Part shown: positions 7,719-16,494 of the stretch, piece by piece
Position numbering within the stretch: position 1 is the first letter of the stretch
How the letters are laid out: each line of letters begins with the position of its first letter
NCBI GenBank assembly: GCA_964462555.1
Contig: CAYWXY010000005.1
Span: 1 to 37,855, forward strand
Reading direction: 5' to 3'
DNA length: 37,855 nucleotides
Source: an uncultured Pseudomonadota bacterium
GTDB taxonomy: Bacteria > UBA10199 > GCA-002796325 > CAYWXY01
Notes under the pieces: model-generated
Told to the model about the DNA's origin: nothing
What the model saw: the letters and a program-made list of their open reading frames with translations, nothing else
The model's database searches: none
Position numbers and translations under genes: made by a program

Positions 7719-8948
7719 TTAGAATGAGTAGACGAGGTTGGTGAAGATGACGCTGGCGCCGGAGGTGCCGTTTGTTACGTAGCGTGTTCTCAGGTTTTCA
7801 TATTGAAGACCGACGTAGAACGGTTTCCAGGGTTTGAACTTAACGTTGGCAAAGATGATCTGGTTGCGATCAACGTTACCGGCGGCAATCTTGGATGTTT
7901 GACCATCATCGATACCAAAACCAACATTGGTTTCAAACCACTTGCACCATTCACTAGATATCTGTCCCCAACCGGCGAGATTCTTGGCGTCGGTTGTTGT
8001 TCCAGCGTAGGTCAGAAAATTTCCCATGTTTTGACCATAATGAATTTCACCACTCAGTTTGAAAAACTTGTGAAACGGAATATTTAGACTCCCTGCAAAG
8101 CCGTAGACCTTGCGATACGATGCACCGTTTCGTCGATCGGTACCTGCAGCACCCGAAGCTGCAATAATGAAGTCACCATATTTCATCTTACGATTGTATT
8201 GGAGAAGCAACTCGCCATACGGGTAGCCGGAATCGACGCCGCCGTTCCAGAGATCATCGGTATTTCCAGGGTTGTCAATGCTGGCCGCAATTTTGAAATT
8301 ATTAACATCGCCCTTTAAGGCTTTGTATTCGAATCGGAGTTGCGGACGGCGGAAACCCATGTTTCCCTGAAACCAGACGTTATTTCCGAGACTGAGCGAA
8401 CGTGTATTAAGTGGTGAAAAAATATCCCAGTTTTGTCCGGCAAGGACGAGCCAGCGATCCCCCCAAATTGACATCGAAAGGAGACGAATACGCGGCATGG
8501 GTGATGTTCCATACGTGGTGCTATTGAGAATGTTAACAAAATCCATTTCAAAGACGCCACCCATCCACGTGTTTGTTCCCACTTGCGTACCGGTCCATTT
8601 GAGACCGATGCGGCTGTTTTGTGGTGTGGCACTGAACCATGCGTTGTCCGTTCCGAAGACGGCCTTGTTGGCAACGCGTGACTGTGCAGCAGAGGAGTTG
8701 ATGCCGCCATAAAGCTGGGTCTTGTGTGTGCCATAGAAAAACTGGGCGGCGACGAAGCCGTAGAAATCGAGCGGATACTTTGTGCCGATGGCGCTCTGCT
8801 TCTCTTCTTTAACCTCGGTCTTAAGTTCTTCGACCTGTTGTTCGAGTGCTTGGATTCGTTCATCGACATCGCTCTTGGCCCAGCTGCTTGCTGGGATGAC
8901 AAGGGCGATAGCAACGAGCAGCGTCAGCAGGATGTTCAATTTTTTCAT
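7719..8948 (-). CDS. DcaP-like trimeric outer-membrane porin with N-terminal coiled coil
   Basis: Start at ATG 8948 (AAGGAG RBS). Signal peptide ending SWA. Coiled coil ERIQALEQQVEELK. Motifs NSRIGL, PRIR, LAGQNW and RRPQLRF. C-terminal YSF. Confidence 0.75.
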   Translation of the reverse strand: MKKLNILLTLLVAIALVIPASSWAKSDVDERIQALEQQVEELKTEVKEEKQSAIGTKYPLDFYGFVAAQFFYGTHKTQLYGGINSSAAQSRVANKAVFGTDNAWFSATPQNSRIGLKWTGTQVGTNTWMGGVFEMDFVNILNSTTYGTSPMPRIRLLSMSIWGDRWLVLAGQNWDIFSPLNTRSLSLGNNVWFQGNMGFRRPQLRFEYKALKGDVNNFKIAASIDNPGNTDDLWNGGVDSGYPYGELLLQYNRKMKYGDFIIAASGAAGTDRRNGASYRKVYGFAGSLNIPFHKFFKLSGEIHYGQNMGNFLTYAGTTTDAKNLAGWGQISSEWCKWFETNVGFGIDDGQTSKIAAGNVDRNQIIFANVKFKPWKPFYVGLQYENLRTRYVTNGTSGASVIFTNLVYSF

Positions 8949-9136
8949 TAATCTCTCCTTTATTGTGGTTAGTGTTGGGGGTGGTGTAACAAGGTTGGGG
9001 GGGCTCAGCAAGGAGAATCCAGAAAATTATAACTCTCTAATATGAGTAGTGAATTTTGGCGCTCAATCAATCTCCAACTGTCGATCTTCTCGAGTTGGAT
9101 CTTGTCTTTTGATAAGGCTGTGATAGCCTGATTTTC

Positions 9137-9847
9137 ATGAGAAAGTTGTTTTTCCAAATCGTGGTTTTGGTCCTAGTTGTGGTGCCATTTGTTGGAATTG
9201 CGGAGGAGAAGGAATCGATCTACTTTGTTAAAGAACGTGAAAAGATGATCAAGTATCTTCGTGCCGCCGGAATCAACGACCAATTTGTTATTGATGCGAT
9301 GAGTCGGGTGCGCCGTCAGGAGTTTGTTCCTAAACCAAAGGATGCCTACGAAGAAAGAAGTTTCAAGTTAGGTTCGTGGGCCGTCGCGGCTTCTCCTTAT
9401 GTAACGGCGATGCGGCTCAATTCACTTCGACTGAGACCTGGCGAAAAGGTTCTGGAGATTGGAACCGAGACTGGTTACCAGGCGGCGTTGATGTCGAAGA
9501 TCGGTGGCAATGTCTACTCGATTGAACTCGACCCAAAGCGTGCGGCCGAGGCCAAGAAGGTTTTGGAGAAGCTTGGGTATAATAAGATTCACCTTCGTGC
9601 GGGCGACGGTTTTGACGGTTGGCAAGAGGCGGCGCCCTTTGATGCGATTATTTTCGCCTGTACACCGGATGACTTTCCCCCGCGTCTCGTCGAACAGCTG
9701 AAAGAGGGGGGACGAATGATTCTCTCTCTTGGAAAACTTTATGGTCCTCAGACACTCATTTTTGCCTATAAGGAAAATGGCGAAATAAAGACTCGCCCTC
9801 TCGCCGATATTAAGGCGCCCCCCATGCGCGGTAAGATCGCGAAGTAG
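9137..9847 (+). CDS. pcm: Protein-L-isoaspartate O-methyltransferase homolog with signal peptide and degenerate motifs
   Basis: Motifs RRQEFVP, KVLEIGTETGYQAA, GDGFDGWQEAAPFDAII and LVEQLKEGGRM. N-terminal hydrophobic leader. Confidence 0.8.
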   Translation: MRKLFFQIVVLVLVVVPFVGIAEEKESIYFVKEREKMIKYLRAAGINDQFVIDAMSRVRRQEFVPKPKDAYEERSFKLGSWAVAASPYVTAMRLNSLRLRPGEKVLEIGTETGYQAALMSKIGGNVYSIELDPKRAAEAKKVLEKLGYNKIHLRAGDGFDGWQEAAPFDAIIFACTPDDFPPRLVEQLKEGGRMILSLGKLYGPQTLIFAYKENGEIKTRPLADIKAPPMRGKIAK

Positions 9848-9943
9848 TTTCTTCTTAGAAACACTATACTTACAAGCCAGAATATCTCACTTGATTATTA
9901 TCCGACATTATATTATACCACCGGCCTGACAGCGGGAGGTTAT

Positions 9944-12442
9944 ATGAAGCTCGGTTTTGAAGCCACTTCACCAATTGGTAAGCTCTATCACGATATCAAA
10001 CAAAAATGGATCGATTCGGGAAGGTCGGAGACCGATTTTTTCAAAGAGATCGACCAGGGGTGTGTCGGCAATATCGATCTTTATCCCACGGCGACGAATC
10101 AGAAGGGAGTTGTCGATCAGTGTGAGGTCTTCGAGATTGGCTATCGTTTCAAGGATCTTCACTCCGTCTTGGCCAAACATGGTTATCGACTACCATTTGG
10201 ATTTAATGATTATGACCCGAAGACGACGATTGATGCCAAACTTCAAAAAGAGCTTCAAAAGGTGGCGGCAAGTTTCAAGGCGCAGGTGATCGCCGATGGA
10301 ATGAAAGAGGGGTCCAAGGAGTACCGCTTTGCTGTGGCAAAAAAGATTTTCGGTTGGGCGGATAAACATCTCGATTTTAAACAGGATTGTAGAACCGAGT
10401 TTGTTGATTGGAAGGCTCTTGCTCAGTCGTGTGGCCGATGTACCGAAATTGCGAGCATTGTCTACTTTCTCTGCCAAGAGGCGGGACTCGATCCTACATT
10501 CATGTTAGTTGACAACCATGAACCAACCGTAAAGAACTATAATGCCTACTCTGCCTTTTCATGGGATCTGAATCGCCCAACGCTTGAAACTCATGTCTTT
10601 GTTGCTATTCCATATCCGACGAAAGATAAGCTCTTTCACCTTGATACAACGGGTAGTGTTAAATTTGGGCACTTTTTTTCAGAGGCAAAAAAGATGACAC
10701 CGAGTCAGTTTGCACTTATGTCGTATCGAAACCACATGATTCACTCTCATCAGAACTATGGAGAGGGTGAGCCGTTTGACCATGCAGCACTTGAGAGGAT
10801 GCTAGACTTGGAGCCAACAGAGGTTTTTGTCCCATTCCAGAAGGCACTTTATGAGTTGAATAACTATTTGTCGTCTGATGCTGTCGGGGACATCTCAGCC
10901 GCCAGTATAGAAAAGGTCTTTGGTCATCCAACACTTGATGGTGCTCCCAATCATCGTTTAGCAGTCGACATCCTCTTGGTCGTTTTGGCCTTCTTTGGTC
11001 AAAGTTCGGCAGCTCTTAATCAAGCGTTTAAACAATTGCACACGGATCTTCATACGCTGGAGTTGGAAAATTCTAAGGCGGCCACGGCATATTCCCTCTA
11101 TGCAGCCGAATTGGTTGTGAGAATATCAGCGATCTTGGCTGAAAATATTGCCATGTCTCAAGAGGTGAAGGAAGGGCTCTCGCAGCTTCATCAGATGGCA
11201 CTGCACTTTTTATCGCCGGCCATTCGTTGGAATCCGAAAGAGATGAGGGCTCATTGCTATATCAATCATCTCAACATTTCTCCCAAAGAGCTGCACGAAT
11301 TTTATTCTGAGCTAAGTGAAGAAGAGCCCAATAATCAACTGGCCAGGTATTTTAAAATTATGAATGGATTAGTGCATGCAGGGAATCTCAATGAGGAAGA
11401 GGCTGCTCCGGTTATAGAGGAGATTGAAGGTGATATTGCTAAACTCAAAGATCCAAATGCAGCGCATGTTTCGTTTATTAATGCACAGATCAATTTTTTC
11501 AAAAAGAATTTGGATGCGGTGAAGGTCCATTTAGATGCGATCAAGGATCAGGAGTTTGGTTCGGTCTCTGCAGGTTACCACGCCTTGATGTTTTTCTATT
11601 GCATAGCTACAGAGAACTATTCTTTGGCCAAAGAGACAGTTAACAAATTGTTCGATGAAGAGCCCCATAATGGGCGACTCTTTTTTGCGCGTTTTATGAT
11701 GCACAACCTTCGGGAGATTCGACTGAATCTTGGGAGCGTTGGGGCTGCGGGTAATGTTGGCGAAAGTGGTCAGATGGATCTCTTTGTCTGGATGGCTGAT
11801 CGGATTGCGGAGAAAGAAGATCTTGAGTCTCAAGTAGTCGTCATCTATTCGCTTCTCTATCTCATAAGTCTGGACCCCTCTTCGGAACATAAGCATCAGG
11901 AGAATATCTATAAAAAGATTTCGGGCAAGATGACGGAAGAAGCCCGGATGGCCGTCAATTATCTTCTCTTCAGACTCTCTCACAATATGTTCGAAAAAGA
12001 GATTAAGATTGATGACACGTCGGTGTCAGATGCACACTTCTACCTCGAAGAGAGCGCTAAAATTTTGGGTGAGCGGGAAAAGTATCCCGGTTACATCCAA
12101 CTTTGTCTCCAGGCTTTTCGTACCGCTATTGAGGCGAGTGATGCGGCACTCGCCAAAGAGATGATCGCTATTCTTGCTCACGCGGAGGGTATAGCGACGC
12201 TCTTTTACGACCATGTCATGAAACAGGTTACTGAACCCCTCTTTGGAGATGACAATCTGACCACGAAAGAGATTCAAAGAGTCATTCTTTTTTCACGCGC
12301 CATATTGTCAGAGAAAGGCGCCGCCTCTAAGGAGCTTCTTAATCTCAAGGGATTTGCGGGTGTCATGGAGGGGGCGATCGAAAAAGTCGATAAGGCCTTC
12401 CATTCAAAGTGGAAGCAAATCATCATTGAATTGAGAAAGTAG
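9944..12442 (+). CDS. Transglutaminase-like (Cys-His-Asp) domain protein with long helical/TPR-like C-terminus
   Basis: GRCTEIASIVYFLCQEAGL, THVFVAI and FHLDTT match the spacing of a transglutaminase-like core. GGGAGG RBS. No signal peptide. Confidence 0.65.
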   Translation: MKLGFEATSPIGKLYHDIKQKWIDSGRSETDFFKEIDQGCVGNIDLYPTATNQKGVVDQCEVFEIGYRFKDLHSVLAKHGYRLPFGFNDYDPKTTIDAKLQKELQKVAASFKAQVIADGMKEGSKEYRFAVAKKIFGWADKHLDFKQDCRTEFVDWKALAQSCGRCTEIASIVYFLCQEAGLDPTFMLVDNHEPTVKNYNAYSAFSWDLNRPTLETHVFVAIPYPTKDKLFHLDTTGSVKFGHFFSEAKKMTPSQFALMSYRNHMIHSHQNYGEGEPFDHAALERMLDLEPTEVFVPFQKALYELNNYLSSDAVGDISAASIEKVFGHPTLDGAPNHRLAVDILLVVLAFFGQSSAALNQAFKQLHTDLHTLELENSKAATAYSLYAAELVVRISAILAENIAMSQEVKEGLSQLHQMALHFLSPAIRWNPKEMRAHCYINHLNISPKELHEFYSELSEEEPNNQLARYFKIMNGLVHAGNLNEEEAAPVIEEIEGDIAKLKDPNAAHVSFINAQINFFKKNLDAVKVHLDAIKDQEFGSVSAGYHALMFFYCIATENYSLAKETVNKLFDEEPHNGRLFFARFMMHNLREIRLNLGSVGAAGNVGESGQMDLFVWMADRIAEKEDLESQVVVIYSLLYLISLDPSSEHKHQENIYKKISGKMTEEARMAVNYLLFRLSHNMFEKEIKIDDTSVSDAHFYLEESAKILGEREKYPGYIQLCLQAFRTAIEASDAALAKEMIAILAHAEGIATLFYDHVMKQVTEPLFGDDNLTTKEIQRVILFSRAILSEKGAASKELLNLKGFAGVMEGAIEKVDKAFHSKWKQIIIELRK

Positions 12443-12472
12443 ACAAAGGGGTCTGACCCCGGTGTCTACTTT
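12436..12472. terminator. Hairpin between convergent genes (probable bidirectional terminator) containing a GGGGTCTGACCCC palindrome
   Basis: Arms AAAGTAGACA/TGTCTACTTT enclose GGGGTC-T-GACCCC. Confidence 0.6.
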
Positions 12473-13845
12473 TAGGCGCGGAGAGCTTGTTTGGCGAGGG
12501 TTTTGCCAACCTTCCAGGCGCCACCCGGAAACTTGTGGCAGAGCTTCATGACATCCTCAAAGGCATTCAGAAAATAATCGACATCCTCTTTCGTAATAAC
12601 AAGTGGTGGTAGAAGCTTCACGACGGTTGTGTTGTGACCGGCGACCTGTGTCAAGATACGATGATCGGAAAGCAGAGGGACAACAACCATCTGTCCGAAG
12701 AGTCCGTTGTTGATCTTGTGGATCATGTTCCAACCGACTTTGAGCATTTTCGATGTCGGTTGCATAAATTCGACGCCGATCATGAGACCTTTGCCCCGAA
12801 CGTCCCCCATCATTTCATAACGACTTTGAAGTTCTTTGAGGCCTGCCAGAATCTCATCCCCGCGAAGACGTGCGTTTTCGATCAGGTTTTCCTCTTCGAG
12901 GATCTCAATCGATGCCAAACCTGCTGTCATCGCCAGGGTGTTTCGTCCAAAGGTGTTGGAGTGGACGACACAACGCTCCATTCCATCATATACCTTATTA
13001 TATACATCTTTGTTATAGCAGATGACGCCGATCGGGATAAAACCGCCCGATAGGGCCTTGGCGACGGTGACGATATCGGGCTTTAGACCAAAATGTTCAT
13101 GGGCAAACCAGTGACCGGTTCGGCCCATGCCCGATTGAACTTCATCGGAGATCGTGAGCACGTCATGTTCTTTGCAAAGCTGTTCGGCCTTTTCAAGAAA
13201 ACCGGCCGGGGGGATGTTGACCCCTTTTCCCTGGATCGGTTCATAGATGAAGGCGGCAACGTTGCCACGTTTTAGCTCTGTTTCTAGTGATGCGATGTCG
13301 CCCATTTTGATCGGAATACAATCGGGGAGTAGCGGTGTGAAGCCTCGGCGGAATTCCTTGCCGCCATTACATGAGAGCGAGCCATTCGTCAGGCCGTGAA
13401 AGGCATGGTCGAGATAGAGGATCTTTGATCGACCGGTGGCACACTTGGCGAACTTGAGTGCCCCTTCAACGGCCTCAGTGCCGGAGTTGGTAAAGAAAAC
13501 GGTATCGAGTCCGCTGTGGAGCTTTTCTAAAAGTTTTTCGGCCAAGAGGCCTGCGAGAAGTGGTGCGTCCATCTGAATCATATTTGGATAGTCGGCATCG
13601 ATGGTCTCTTTGAGGGTCTCCTTCATCTTGGGGTGATTCCGGCCGATATTAAAGACGCCGTAACCAGAAAGAAAATCAAGATACCGATTGTCATCAGCGT
13701 CATAGAGATAGGGGCCTTTGGCACGGACATAGTTCTTGTCGAATCCAATGGTTCTAAGGACCTTGACCAGTTGTGGGTTGACATATTTTGCGAAGAGGTC
13801 GTGTTGTCGTCCCGAATTTTCGTCCAAAATCTTATTAATGTCCAT
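12472..13845 (-). CDS. hpnO: Class III PLP aminotransferase, HpnO-like (aminobacteriohopanetriol synthesis)
   Basis: Motifs YLDFLSGYGVFNIGRNHP, NSGTEAVEGA, DEVQSGMGRTG and AKALSGG. HpnO-type termini (VKVLRTIGFD; RCVVHSNTF; WKVGKTL). Confidence 0.75.
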   Translation of the reverse strand: MDINKILDENSGRQHDLFAKYVNPQLVKVLRTIGFDKNYVRAKGPYLYDADDNRYLDFLSGYGVFNIGRNHPKMKETLKETIDADYPNMIQMDAPLLAGLLAEKLLEKLHSGLDTVFFTNSGTEAVEGALKFAKCATGRSKILYLDHAFHGLTNGSLSCNGGKEFRRGFTPLLPDCIPIKMGDIASLETELKRGNVAAFIYEPIQGKGVNIPPAGFLEKAEQLCKEHDVLTISDEVQSGMGRTGHWFAHEHFGLKPDIVTVAKALSGGFIPIGVICYNKDVYNKVYDGMERCVVHSNTFGRNTLAMTAGLASIEILEEENLIENARLRGDEILAGLKELQSRYEMMGDVRGKGLMIGVEFMQPTSKMLKVGWNMIHKINNGLFGQMVVVPLLSDHRILTQVAGHNTTVVKLLPPLVITKEDVDYFLNAFEDVMKLCHKFPGGAWKVGKTLAKQALRA

Positions 13846-13962
13846 AGCTTACTCCTTCTACCGTTCCCATAGTCCTTTATTTTCCGTTTGGCAAGCCCCG
13901 ATTTCCCCCGTGCTATGCGGTTTACAGGAGGAAACAGGGGGAAACGAATTGTTAGAAAATGC

Positions 13963-13989
13963 GCAACTTTTTGAGAATGCGATCGATAA
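13963..13989 (+). promoter_or_regulatory. Putative sigma28-like promoter GCAACTTT-N-ATCGATAA
   Basis: GCAACTTTTTGAGAATGCGATCGATAA, 50 nt upstream of the 14040 start. Confidence 0.55.
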
Positions 13990-14039
13990 GCTATCAAATG
14001 GGGGAGGCAATTCTATGATTGAAGTAAAGGAGCATCTAT

Positions 14040-16301
14040 ATGACCGACCCAAAGATCCAAAGCCTCTCATCCAAAGTTTGCCAAACCTTGACGAGCAATG
14101 CGGAGAGCCAGAAGGAATGTCAAGGTCTCGCTGGCCTGCACCTTGGTGACTCAGATCGCACTTTTTGTAAGCCACCCGAGAATAAAACATCCTCAGATCT
14201 GATTCGTTGTTTCCGGAATAATATGGATAGCTGGGCATCGACTTACGATATTTCGGTGGGCGATGGTGACGAGGTGATCCGTATTCCCAATCGTGTTTAT
14301 TGGAAATTCTTTGATACGGTTAAGGGTAGTGTCCCACGGCTTCCAGATCTGAACAAGGTCTATGATGAGGTTGTCGTTCTCTATTTTAAGCAGCAGTTCA
14401 TTGTGAAGACATATGCCAATCTCGCCGAGATTGGATTTAAGAACACACCCCTAACGGCCAAGACAAGGGAGGCCGGTGACGGGGATGAGGCTGAGATAAC
14501 GGTCCATCGGGTCGAAGAGAAGGCCGTCGTCATGTGGAAGACGCTGCAGGATATAATTGCCAAGAATGCGAATAAAGAAGAAGAGAATAAGGTTTATGTC
14601 ACGTGGCCAGGGCCTGACAAAGATAAGCCCATAACTGTCCTACTCTCAAAGATTACAAGCGATATGAGTTATGCTGAGATGGTTGAGATGTCGAAGGCCC
14701 AGTTTCTCTTTATGAAGAGAGCGGTTATTAAAATAGTTGAGAGCGAGGAGAAGGAGGCGCGAGCCGCCGGGAATGTTGCTTTAGCGAATGATTTCAAGGG
14801 AAGGGCTGAAGAACTGAAGAGTCAATCATTTGAATTTCCTTATAGTGAGGCTGAACTGGCTGAAAGACTGCACATGGGTATCCAGGAAGTGGCCGATGCC
14901 TACTTTTATATCATCCAAGACAATATGCCGCTCAAGAATCCAGAGAAGAGCAGTGTGGAAAAGAAGGCCCTAGTCCTTGATGTCTCTGGCGAAAAGTACA
15001 GTGTGGGTAAAGAGACAAAACTTTTGGCAAAGAGCTATTGGGTGACGGGTGGGAAGCCGACGAGTCTTGATGAGGTGAAGGCCGTGGGCGATGCTGTTAT
15101 AAATTTGACGCGACGGACAGGGATGAAGAATAAGGTAAAGGTTCCCCCCGAAATTGGAGACAAGCCCAAGACTCTCTCCGGAAGCATTTCTGGCGAATAC
15201 AGTACCGCTGGTTCAATGGCGCCAAACCTATTTGCCGACTTGAAAATTGCGATGGTTGGGAATCCTAAGGAAGGTTTTTTTCTTCAAGGAAGAATTTCGG
15301 CCCTATATCTTGATCAACATCCTGGAACGGTTCATCCCGATGGTCCGGTTTCAACGGCTGATGATGTAGCGAACCCCAAGGAGTCGCTCCAGATTATCTA
15401 TGCATATCTCATGGGACAATATGTTTTTGATAACAAGGTCAGGCTTCACGGTAAGGCCGGCGTTGTTGATCCGCGAAATCGAACGACACCGGGAATCGCC
15501 TTTGATCGTTTGCACCAGGGAAATGGTGAAGGGCAATATCAGGTTGGTCGAATTACGGGAGCTACTCTGGGTGTCGATATTCCCCTTCAATCAGACGCCG
15601 AGAAGCCAATTTCGATCGGCGTAGAGACAAGCTTGGGCGCTAGCGGAAATCCCATGATCTATAAGGAGAATGTTCCGGGTGATGAAAAGCCGAATACGTA
15701 TTGGTTTGATAAGGATATGGGCGGGGGTCGATTTGTAAACACGGGTCGTGTGCGACTCTTTAAGAATCCCCACGATGAATATGATAGCTGGCTCGAGTCG
15801 ATGAATTTGTCGTTGGGTTGGGAGGTTAAAAGAGGCAGAGGCGATGAGCCAACAAAGAGCAAATTTGGAATTATTGGGGAGGGACTGTTTAATGTAATTC
15901 CGGAGAAGCAATTGCTTCAGGTGGGTGCCGGTTTTTACTTCGATTATGGAGATGAGATTCTGGATGGTGGCGTTAGCGGACTTGTTGGTCTGAACCCCTG
16001 GAAGTGGCTCAAGCTTAAACAGTATGTCACGTATGGATCGAGTGGCCGTACGTATAATTTTGGTCGCGTCGACGGGCCCAAGGGACCATTTGATCATTCG
16101 GTTTCTGTTAAAATCAAAAGTCTTTCCTGGGCGACGCAGGCAACGATCGGCCCCTTCGAGGGTATACCGGTTCTCGATAGTTTCGAATTCTTTCTCCAAT
16201 ATATGGGTGAAAAAGGGATGGAGGCCGAAGAGGGACACTCTTCTGCCCTCAGAGGAAAGGCCGTTAATAGCTTTGGAGTGGGCGCCACAGCGACATTTTA
16301 G
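14040..16301 (+). CDS. Leaderless protein: 4-Cys N-terminal domain + helical region + C-terminal porin-like beta-barrel (paralog A)
   Basis: AAGGAG RBS with an in-frame TAA at 14025. The C-terminal half has alternating amphipathic strands and ends FGVGATATF. Clear homology to 16495-18701. Confidence 0.75.
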   Translation: MTDPKIQSLSSKVCQTLTSNAESQKECQGLAGLHLGDSDRTFCKPPENKTSSDLIRCFRNNMDSWASTYDISVGDGDEVIRIPNRVYWKFFDTVKGSVPRLPDLNKVYDEVVVLYFKQQFIVKTYANLAEIGFKNTPLTAKTREAGDGDEAEITVHRVEEKAVVMWKTLQDIIAKNANKEEENKVYVTWPGPDKDKPITVLLSKITSDMSYAEMVEMSKAQFLFMKRAVIKIVESEEKEARAAGNVALANDFKGRAEELKSQSFEFPYSEAELAERLHMGIQEVADAYFYIIQDNMPLKNPEKSSVEKKALVLDVSGEKYSVGKETKLLAKSYWVTGGKPTSLDEVKAVGDAVINLTRRTGMKNKVKVPPEIGDKPKTLSGSISGEYSTAGSMAPNLFADLKIAMVGNPKEGFFLQGRISALYLDQHPGTVHPDGPVSTADDVANPKESLQIIYAYLMGQYVFDNKVRLHGKAGVVDPRNRTTPGIAFDRLHQGNGEGQYQVGRITGATLGVDIPLQSDAEKPISIGVETSLGASGNPMIYKENVPGDEKPNTYWFDKDMGGGRFVNTGRVRLFKNPHDEYDSWLESMNLSLGWEVKRGRGDEPTKSKFGIIGEGLFNVIPEKQLLQVGAGFYFDYGDEILDGGVSGLVGLNPWKWLKLKQYVTYGSSGRTYNFGRVDGPKGPFDHSVSVKIKSLSWATQATIGPFEGIPVLDSFEFFLQYMGEKGMEAEEGHSSALRGKAVNSFGVGATATF

Positions 16302-16350
16302 TTAATAAATTCAACTAGTTATAGTTTTTTGTCATTTATTGAAAAAAATA

Positions 16351-16377
16351 GCAACTTTTTTGGAAGAGAAGCGACAA
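16351..16377 (+). promoter_or_regulatory. Putative sigma28-like promoter (distal) GCAACTTT-N-AGCGACAA
   Basis: GCAACTTTTTTGGAAGAGAAGCGACAA, same spacing as the other copies. Confidence 0.45.
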
Positions 16378-16417
16378 CGGAGCAGATGATCAAGAGGTCC
16401 AAAACGAAAAAAAGTTA

Positions 16418-16444
16418 GCAACTTTTCCGGGTGAGGGCCGACAG
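16418..16444 (+). promoter_or_regulatory. Putative sigma28-like promoter (proximal) GCAACTTT-N-GCCGACAG
   Basis: GCAACTTTTCCGGGTGAGGGCCGACAG, 50 nt upstream of the 16495 start. This is the same distance as for paralog A. Confidence 0.55.
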
Positions 16445-16494
16445 AACAGTGTGGGGAGCGAAACGATAAACATCTTTCAAAAAGGAGTTCATGT

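Noticed and set aside
8949-9011. Pro-rich N-terminal extension of the porin in the ORF track
   Set aside because: A strong RBS and a signal peptide begin at ATG 8948. The C-rich stretch is probably 5' UTR, and no structure could be supported.
13902-13944. 8-bp inverted repeat TTTCCCCC/GGGGGAAA between hpnO and paralog A
   Set aside because: Low complexity with a 27-nt spacer and no second copy seen, so too weak to call.
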